Source: Octopus vulgaris
Lineage: Eukaryota
Length of the DNA: 64,000 nucleotides
NCBI GenBank assembly: GCA_951406725.2
Contig: OX597835.1
Location: forward strand, 12,400,001 to 12,464,000
Direction: 5' to 3'
Position 1 is the stretch's first letter. Each line of letters begins with the position of its first letter. Below are positions 1 through 64,000 of this stretch, in pieces. A program made the translations under genes and the position numbers. The notes under the pieces are model-generated. The model saw only the letters and a program-made list of their open reading frames with translations, had not been told where the DNA came from and did no database searches.

Positions 1-249
1 CCTGTTTTTTTCAGAGTAGCCAGTCATAGTGTCCACCACATTAGCACTGTTTTACTCAACTAGAGACAAGGTAGAAGGACATCCATACCCACACACACAC
101 TCACACACATGATGAGATTTTTAAAATTCCGTTTCCCAACTATTGCTGTTGTTGCAATAGATACCAAATTCTTTATTTTCATCTGCCTGACACACAATCT
201 CATTATTTTCATATTTATTTATTTATTGAACTATTATTCTCTTTTGCAG

Positions 250-23852
<23,603 letters not shown>

Positions 23853-23985
23853 GCGCTAACGGGTGTTCGAATTCTTTGAATCCGGTTCCTTTGTACAGTT
23901 TCCATTAACTTCTATATTCTTATTGAACTGATCTAATCAATATTTACAAATCAAATCTATCCATAATTTTTTTTTTTTCTAAATC

Positions 23986-24035
23986 ATTAAAATCATTTGT
24001 TTTCTATTAATTTTTGACTTGCTTTGTAAATTAAA
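23986..24035 (+). terminator. Candidate SNRNP200 polyadenylation signals (ATTAAA x2)
   Basis: ATTAAA at 23986-23991 and 24030-24035 in a T-rich 3'UTR. Confidence 0.4.
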
Positions 24036-25432
24036 CTTTATTTTCTATGTGCAAAACAGTGGAATTGGTACAAATAGTGTTTCCGAAGACATTTGTTTAT
24101 ATAAAAAAAAATAAGTCTGTTGCTCTTGTTTGCTACATAATGTCTGTTTTGCCATGCTGGTATGGGTTGGACGGTTTGACAGAACCTGGATGCCCTTCCT
24201 AATGCCAACCACTTTACTGAGTCTGAGTACATTTACACAGCACCAGAATGGGTGCTTTTGATATGACACTAGTTGATTGTCTCAGTCTGCTTAGCTGTTA
24301 GGTGTCAATTGTTCAACCTCAGAAAAGGCTCTAATTACGTCCAGCATGTGGTGTACATACATTTCCTATCAGATGCTGCGCTTTAAATAGTATCAACCAC
24401 AAGTTGTATACAACACCCTTTAGCATTTAAACTGGCCAGATTTGGCCTCTCACACCTACTCTACAATGTCATTCTTGAAATTAGAGCTACACAATAATGC
24501 AAGATTTGATAGCAATGATTACTGTCGAGTTTATTCAGCAGAATGAACGAGAGCATGATGCTAGACTTGAAAATCAGTTTAGATCCTCAATTGTCTGCTG
24601 CTGCTGTTTTACGAAAGACATGACCTTCGTTATTAGCATATTACTGTGGACTGAACAAGGGAGGCTACTCTCTCAGATCGAAATGTTTTCTTAAGCGAAA
24701 TCGAATCAAATATTGTAATTCATATTTTGGACTATTTTACGTATCGGCGTTGATAAAGACATAATAAGGGTGGTTGAACCCTTAACTTGTATACAATCAG
24801 GGATTTGGATCTTAAAGTGTTGGGCTTTATCATCTAGGAAGATAGTGAGTCCGAATGACTTGTTAAGAGAAGAAAATTCTAAATTCATTGACTCACTGTG
24901 TAAAATGATTGGCGATTTAAATGCATCCTTTTGTAGAAACCACGTGGTAGAATAGTCCACAGAAGCTAGATTTGGATCCTGCAAGCCACATCAGAGGTAT
25001 AATTTGATAAAGGGTTGCAGAGAACTTTCTCACAGGGCAGCCCCAATATAATTGTCAAGCAAATTACTGTTCACAACACTAGAGGTCAACAAATGCATGG
25101 TCAAATTTGTTGTCATGAAGACAAGTGCCAATTCTTCCTCACATAACCAACTCTCTCTCTCTCTCTTTCGGAGAGGCACAAGCACCTACACGCACATATA
25201 CACACACGGCAGTAACTTCCGCCTGCCGAATTCAATCACAAAGCTTCGGTCAGCTCGGGGCTATAGCGGAAGACACCTACCCAAAGTGCCACGCAGTGGT
25301 ACTGAACCCGAAACCATGTAGCTAGGAAGCAAGCCCCCTAACCACACAGCCATGCCCGCGCCTTACTATGAAATAATTTTAAAAAAACACAGCAAAACAA
25401 AAATCTTATGGTATTAATCAGGAACAAAATAA

Positions 25433-25438
25433 TTTAAT
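25433..25438 (-). terminator. Candidate HSPA9 polyadenylation signal ATTAAA
   Basis: ATTAAA on - followed by a GT/T-rich downstream tract (about 25380-25405). Confidence 0.45.
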
Positions 25439-25913
25439 ACAAAACAAACCATGAAATTATCACTTTTAATGGATTTTTTTTTTCTTCAATGTAACGCGAC
25501 TAACAAGTTTCCCTTTCTTTTGTCTTTTAAGTCCATTATACAGGTCCAGGAAACTGTTAGTGGAATAGATAATGGCTCAAATATTTTTAACAGATATACA
25601 GAGATAAAGAGAAACAATAGTTTGGGAAACAAAAAATGCAACTGGCTTTGTAGTCCAGAATGAATTTGTTGGTGGGGAGACGGGGAGAGAGGTTAAGAAC
25701 CCGTGATATATTTCTAATTATTTACAAATGTTTATCTAACCAGTTCACACTAAAATCACCTCCTAACTGATGATAAAAATGGACAGACTTGACTTCCAAG
25801 TCCCTTCTGTGAGCAGATCAGATAGACTACACCATCATCATCATCATAGTCTTCACAAAGACCAAAAAAAAAATAAAAATTAATTATGTTACTAATTAAG
25901 CATATTAATGATG

Positions 25914-57957
<32,044 letters not shown>

Positions 57958-58029
57958 GATTGGAAGAAATCAAGCAAGGACCCGCAAACTTGGGAAAAAA
58001 GCGCAGCGATCCAACACAAAAACCCTGGT

Positions 58030-58190
58030 TTTTCCTCGAACACACGTGTGACCGAACCAAGAGAAGTCTCTCACTCTAAAAGAAGAAGCTTCGATTGCGC
58101 ATGCGTGCCACTGACCTCTTGTTCATTTCCGGAACATTCTCAACTCTTTCTGCTGAAATAATCTCTCATCATTGCAGAATATTCTCTTTT
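58030..58190 (-). promoter_or_regulatory. HSPA9 proximal promoter / 5' region
   Basis: E-box CACGTG (58043-58048), NRF1-like TGCGCATGCG (58096-58105), ETS CCGGAAAT overlapping a 3-unit HSE TTCcgGAAcaTTC (58127-58139), further GAAnnTTC pairs; 85-230 bp upstream of the ATG. Confidence 0.65.
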
Positions 58191-58247
58191 TTATCTTGTT
58201 GCTCTTACTAACATTGTAGGTACTTACTTAGGCCCTCCTCATCCTCA

Positions 58248-58923
58248 CCCTGCTATCTCACCTTTAATTAAGAACACTTTTCGTTAAAACTGATTCCCCA
58301 CCCCCGTAACAATCCCTTCAGTATCTCAGGCATTGCGTAGCTAATATACTACCGGACTTCGGGTCTTATCCGGCTTCCACAAATCCGGAATTTCCACAAA
58401 TCCAGAAATTATAGGCAAAACACTACCCCTGCTATCTCACCTTTGATTAAGAATACTTTTCATTAAAACGGATTCTAATCCCTTCAGTATCTCAGGCATT
58501 GCGTAGCTAATATACTACCGGACCTCGGGGTCTTATCCGGCTCTCCAGAATTCCGGAATTTCTACAAATCCGGAAATTATAGGCAAAACACTACCCCTGC
58601 TATGTTACCTTTGATTAGGAAGACTTTTCATTAAAACGTATTCCCCCCGTGGCAATCTCTTCAGTATCTCAGGCATTGCGTAGCTAATATACTACCGGAC
58701 CTACCTCGGGGTCTTATCCGGCTTCCAGAATTCCGGAAATTATAGGCAAAACACTACCCCTGCTATGTCACCTTTGATTAGGAAGACTTTTCATTAAAAC
58801 AGATTCCCGCCCCCGTGGCAATCCCTTCAGTATCTCAGGCATTGCGTAGCTAATATACTACCGGACCTCTGGTCTTATCCGGAATTTCCACAAATCCGGA
58901 AATTATAGGCAAAACACTACCCT
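58248..58923. repeat. Tandem array of four ~163-179 bp units upstream of HSPA9
   Basis: Units start with CCCTGCTAT at 58248, 58427, 58595 and 58758 and share AGTATCTCAGGCATTGCGTAGCTAATATACTACCGGAC. Confidence 0.93.
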
Positions 58924-59057
58924 GTATTGAGTACACAGACCCTGTTTTTGTAGATGATTTCGTTCTGTACTTTTTACGTCGATTGACGAAGGTTAAACAG
59001 ACTCTGCTTTCGAGATATATTAATTTGTACCGGTATCTGTTAAATAAAATCATGTTT

Positions 59058-59453
59058 CTCTTTTACTTGTTTCAGTCATTTGACTGTGGCCATGCTGGAG
59101 CACCGCCTTTAATCGAGCAGATCGACCCCGGGACTTATTCTTTGTAAGCCTAGTACTTATTCTATCGGTCTCTTTTGCCAAACCGCTAAGTTACGGGGAC
59201 GTAAACACACCAACATCAGTTGACAAGCGATGTTGGGGGGACAAACACAGACACACAAACATGTATACACACACATACATATATATACATATATACGACG
59301 GTCATCTTTCAGTTTCCGTCTACCAAATCCACTCACAAGGCTTTGGTCGGCCCGAGGCTATAGTAGAAGAAACTTGCCCATGGTGCCACGCAATGGGACT
59401 GAACCCGGAACCATGTGGTTTGTAAGCAAGCTACTTACCACACAGCCACTCCT
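59058..59453 (-). mobile_element. SINE family B copy
   Basis: Reverse complement of 45654-46068. Confidence 0.85.
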
Positions 59454-61218
59454 ACGTTGTTTACTTTTCTTGATTTAATTCTCTCCCTATAAACATTATA
59501 CTGTATACATGGTTCAGTATGCAATATTTTAAGGACTTTAATATCAAACAAACCCTACTTTAGAAATGTATTTATATGAATCTGTAAAATTCAATATAGC
59601 TCTGTACTTTTCATAGCTTACTTTATAAATTTATTACTAGCAGAGATACCCGGCGTTGCCAATGTCACATGGAATTGAAGAATTAGACTTTTCTTTCTTA
59701 TTTTCTCTAATGAACTGGAATATCTGTGATTCGAATTTCATCAAAATTGCAGATGAAGAATTTTAATGAGGGTTCTTTCCCTCTTTAGACACCCTAACAA
59801 AATTCTAATCTTGACACATTTATCCCATGCTACTCATCTTTATGCCCAGATTCCAAAATTAAAATATTATGGAACCTATTAAAAAATTTTTGCTCCTGAA
59901 AAATGGAGCTCTAAAATGCTGGAGTTAAGGCTCCTACTGGGGGGTATCTTTAAGTCAACCAGAGAAGTTGAATTGCTTGAATCTTTTTAACTTGAGTCTC
60001 ATATCTATTGTTCAAATTTCTTTCAAATCTGAAATAAATGTGTGTTCACTGGGTTTGTAAAAGAGAGCAAAGCTAGAAGAAACCAAAAGCTGAATGATCA
60101 CAATAAGCAGTCAGCTAACCTGCCCTAGTCATTACCACTCCCCAATGTAAAATTCCTCACCAAACAGGTGACAGGCACAGCCGTAAGATGCATTACGGAT
60201 GTATAGCAATTTGAAGGACGTGACCCAACACAAATAAACATTAACAACTGTGTGACATGAGGGCTAAAGGGAAATGAAAATGTCACCTCTGAAGTTTGCC
60301 AATGATCACTATGCCGATAGGTAACTGAACAGAATAAATTTGCAATCTATAAATCTCTTTGAATAACCAGTCGCTTATCTGGGAAGGCCTTGAAATCCAA
60401 ATTACCATCTGGGGACTATCTCTGATAATAAAATGACTCAAAGGAGGTCTGCAACCAAATAACTTTACTCAACACTTTGCAACTGAATCAGTGGAGGCAA
60501 AGATGCCTCTCCTTTACTTGACAATTTATGCACCACATTGCAGAAATCACAATCTAAGCAAAGTCTTACACTGTTGTACCACTGAATTACAAATAATGCT
60601 CATCTTTTATGCTTGGGTGACCCTACAGCTTCCAAGAGTACAATTGTATTAATCTTGGCTTAGGAAAAAATAACTAAATTGTGGGTGTTAAGCCCCCATT
60701 AAGGGGTGTTACTAACCTCTAAGAATTTGAAATTTTAGAAATATTGCCTCATTTGTGTGTAATATCTATGGTTAAAATTTCATCAACAGCAAAACATGAA
60801 TTTTCATGAGGGTTATGGTCTCATTTATACCCCCCCACTTTCAAATATATATGGCATTACATCTGTCCTTATGCATAGAATATAATTCCAGATTTTATAA
60901 ATTTCAAGGACAGGGCCAGTTGATTACATTGACCCCAGTGCGTAACCGGTGCTTATTTCATTGACCCTGAAAGGATGAAAGGCAAAGTTTTACAGAATTT
61001 TGTTCCGCATGCAAATGCTTCAGCCAGTTTGTGGCTTTTCCTGTAATAATAATAATGGTTTCATATTTTGGCACTGGGCAAGCAGTTTTAAAGTGGAGAT
61101 AGAAGTTGATTATCTTGACCTCGATGCTCAACTATTACTTATTTTATCGATCCTGCAAAAATGAAGGGCAAAGTCGATCTCGGCAAAATTAGAATTCAGA
61201 ATGTAAAACCAGATGAAA

Positions 61219-62371
61219 TACCTTTCTTTACTACCCACAAGGGGTTAAACACAGAGAGGACAAAGAAGGACAGACAAAGGGATTAAGTCGATTACATCGA
61301 CCCCAGTGTGTAACTGGTACTTAATTCATCGACCCCGAAAGGATGAAAGGCAAAGTCGACCTCGACGGAATTTGAACTCGGAACGTAAAGACAGGTGAAA
61401 TACCTATTTCTTTACTACCCAGAAGGGGTTAAACACAGAGGGGACAAAGAAGGACAGACAAAGGGATTAAGTCGATTACATCGACCCCAGTGCGTAACTA
61501 TTACTTATTTTATCGATCCTGCAAAAATGAAGGGCAAAGTTGATCTCAGCAGAATTTAAATTCAGAATGTAAAACCAGAAGAATTACCTATTTCTTTACT
61601 ACCCACAAGGGGTTAAACACAGAGAGGTCAAACAAGGACAGACAAACGGATTAAGTCGATTACATCGACCCCAGTGCGTAACTGGTACTTAATTTATCGA
61701 CCCCGAAAGGATGAAAGACAAAGTCGACCTCGACCGAATTTGAACTCGGAATGTAAAGACGGGCGAAATACCTATTTCTTTACTACCCAGAAGGGGTTAA
61801 ACACAGAGAGGTCAAACAAGGAGAGACAAACGGATTAAGTCGATTACATCGACCCGAGTGCGTAACTGGTACTTAATTCATCGACCCCGAAAGGATGAAA
61901 GACAAAGTCGACCTCGACCGAATTTGAACTCGGAACGTAAAGACGGGCGAAATACCTATTTCTTTACTACCCAGAAGGGGTTAAACACAGAGAGGTCAAA
62001 CAAGGACAGACAAACGGATTAAGTCGATTACATCGACCCCAGTGCGTAACTGGTACTTAATTTATCGACCCCAAAAGGATGAAAGGCAAAGTCGACCTCG
62101 ACCGAATTTGAACTCGGAACGTAAAGACAGGCGAAATACCTATTTCTTTACTACCCAGAAGGGGTTAAACACAGAGAGGTCAAACAAGGACAGACAAACG
62201 GATTAAGTCGATTACATCGACCCCAGTGCGTAACTGGTACTTAATTTATCGACCCCGAAAGGATGAAAGGCAAAGTCGACCTCGGCGGAATTTGAACTCA
62301 GAACGTAATGGCAGACGAAATATGGATACGCATTTCGCCCGGTGTGCTAACGTTTCTGCCAGCTCGCAGCC
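61219..62371 (-). repeat. SINE family C tandem array: one head plus six ~184-bp units
   Basis: Unit starts at about 61221, 61403, 61587, 61771, 61955 and 62139; the head occurs only at about 62320-62371. Confidence 0.9.
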
Positions 62372-62609
62372 CTTTTTGTCCAGCATTTTGTCCAGCATGG
62401 CAAGGGATCTGCCAGCTCATTAAGGTCAACTGATTCCCTTTCATCAAATACAATCGATGAGATGTAAAGTGAAAATCAGAAAATCATTCCGGTTATCCTC
62501 TCTCTTTGCGGATCTTGGATTGTTCACATGCAAACAGGTAACAAACCGTTTAAGCTCTGCCACTACCACTATCATCAGTACCATAACATACATACACACC
62601 TATGATCTA

Positions 62610-62642
<33 letters not shown>

Positions 62643-62649
<7 letters not shown>

Positions 62650-62842
62650 TCGCCATACTAATATGGCATTCTTATAAAAATAAGAATAAAGCTGTCCGCT
62701 TATTAGCTCCATGAGGCCATCGCCTTAAGTTAGCTATTTGATACACAAACTGTATCCATATAACCTTCGAACATGGAGCTAATAAGCGGACAGCTTTATT
62801 CTTATTTTTATAAGAATGCCATATTAGTATGGCGATAACTAT
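62643..62842. repeat. Perfect 71-bp inverted repeat with a 58-bp spacer, abutting (TA)n
   Basis: 62643-62713 is the reverse complement of 62772-62842. Confidence 0.9.
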
Positions 62843-64000
62843 TAATTTCCAGGAACGCTGCCGTGTTCTCTTTTAGAGAGACTTAGTAATTTTAATATTT
62901 CTATTATATATATATATATTTATGTATATATATATATATACCAACAGCGTGATTTATACGATTTTATTCAAAATTTATTAACTCTTGTAAGTCAACAGCT
63001 GTGTGAAATAGTGAATAGAAAACATCATTTGAAGCTATATCAAATTTATGTCTGAAGTTACGCCAACGTTCATCATGGGAGACGTCAAAATTTAGGATTG
63101 AAACACGATAATGCTTATGTTATTTTTTTTACACAGCAACATATAATTGATTCCTAAAAATCGATGCAAAGTTCAGATCCAAGTGATTCCCAATCCAGAT
63201 TACATATGGGAAGAAGATTCTAATTTCTGTTGCTTGGCATCTTGACGACTGAATCATGTTTGGAAAATCCCACAATACCTTCTGAGTAGAGATTGTGAAT
63301 GGGAGCTATCTTTAATTTCGCTACGTCCATGTTTGCTAGAGCATGGAGAGACTCTTCGATTATATTTCCAAAACCAAAGAAAATTCTTTTTTAGTTCTGG
63401 AAACCATCTGCTAACTTTGGAAGATTCCTTGACAGTAATTTTAATACATCTGGCTTCAAATCGGTTGTAATGGCTTGAATCACGATGAAAAATTAAGTAG
63501 AAGAACTATAAGAGTGATTGAAATAAGACAAATCATTCAGGAAAGACGATAGTATGCGGACTCTAACAACTCCTATCCTCTGTGAATTGACCGCTGATTC
63601 ATTGGTGGGGGTGGTGAAGAATCACGTGGACAAATTACTGAATAGGTTTAGTATTTTTAAAGCCTTCGATGGTATAGAATATTATCAATGGGATGAGTGG
63701 TATGAAGAATTCGAAGACGGAGAGGTGTGGGTGTGTGGTAAAATGTGTTTTCCCAACAACAGGTTTCCCGCTTCAGTCCCACAGTGAGGCATTATGGGCT
63801 AGTGTCTTCAAATATGTCCCCGGAACGCAAAAACCTTTGTGAGTAGAATTGGTAGACGGTAGATGAAAGAAACATGTCGTGTGTGAATATTCTAGTAATT
63901 TACAGAAAAACAAATGACGCAGACATGTGTATGAACAACAAGCCGGTGTATCATTTTGGCGCTCTGAAAAGTGAGAAAGTCTTTTATGTTTCGAGCCAAA

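Noticed and set aside
58248-58923. Possible tRNA/5S/snRNA gene cluster or CRISPR array
   Set aside because: No cloverleaf, B box or recognisable snRNA/5S sequence; no unique spacers.
61219-62371. Regular repeats resembling a CRISPR array
   Set aside because: Contiguous 184-bp SINE bodies with no unique spacers; eukaryotic context and no cas genes.
63150-63790. Possible coding exon or ORF at the window end
   Set aside because: No recognisable domain or convincing splice pair; it runs into a decayed SINE B head.

Overview
Eukaryotic, AT-rich and repeat-dense genomic DNA, most likely from an octopus (inferred from the style of the tRNA-derived SINE families and (TA)n/(CA)n tracts, not verified). 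It holds two convergent spliced genes. On +, the 3' 15 coding exons of SNRNP200/Brr2 (250..23852; the 5' part lies outside the window). On -, a complete 17-exon HSPA9/mortalin (ATG 57957 to TAA 25914; 2037 nt, 678 aa, with a mitochondrial presequence) and a promoter carrying NRF1, ETS, HSE and E-box motifs. Introns are filled with SINEs, RTE-like LINE tails, Helitrons, TTAA- and TA-type MITEs, a mariner remnant and fold-back elements. Most ORFs in the supplied track are repeat artefacts. Best leads: (1) a TSD-flanked tRNA-headed SINE carrying a Penelope-type minimal hammerhead ribozyme; (2) a structured, stop-containing candidate poison exon in HSPA9 intron 12 whose splice sites are buried in sense-strand hairpins; (3) an inverted repeat pair flanking HSPA9 exons 14-15 (circRNA/editing candidate); (4) a ~170-bp tandem array of ETS/HSE-like motifs upstream of HSPA9; (5) SINE multimers with a fixed junction and a GGTA target preference. 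All structures were folded by eye; no computation or database search was run.
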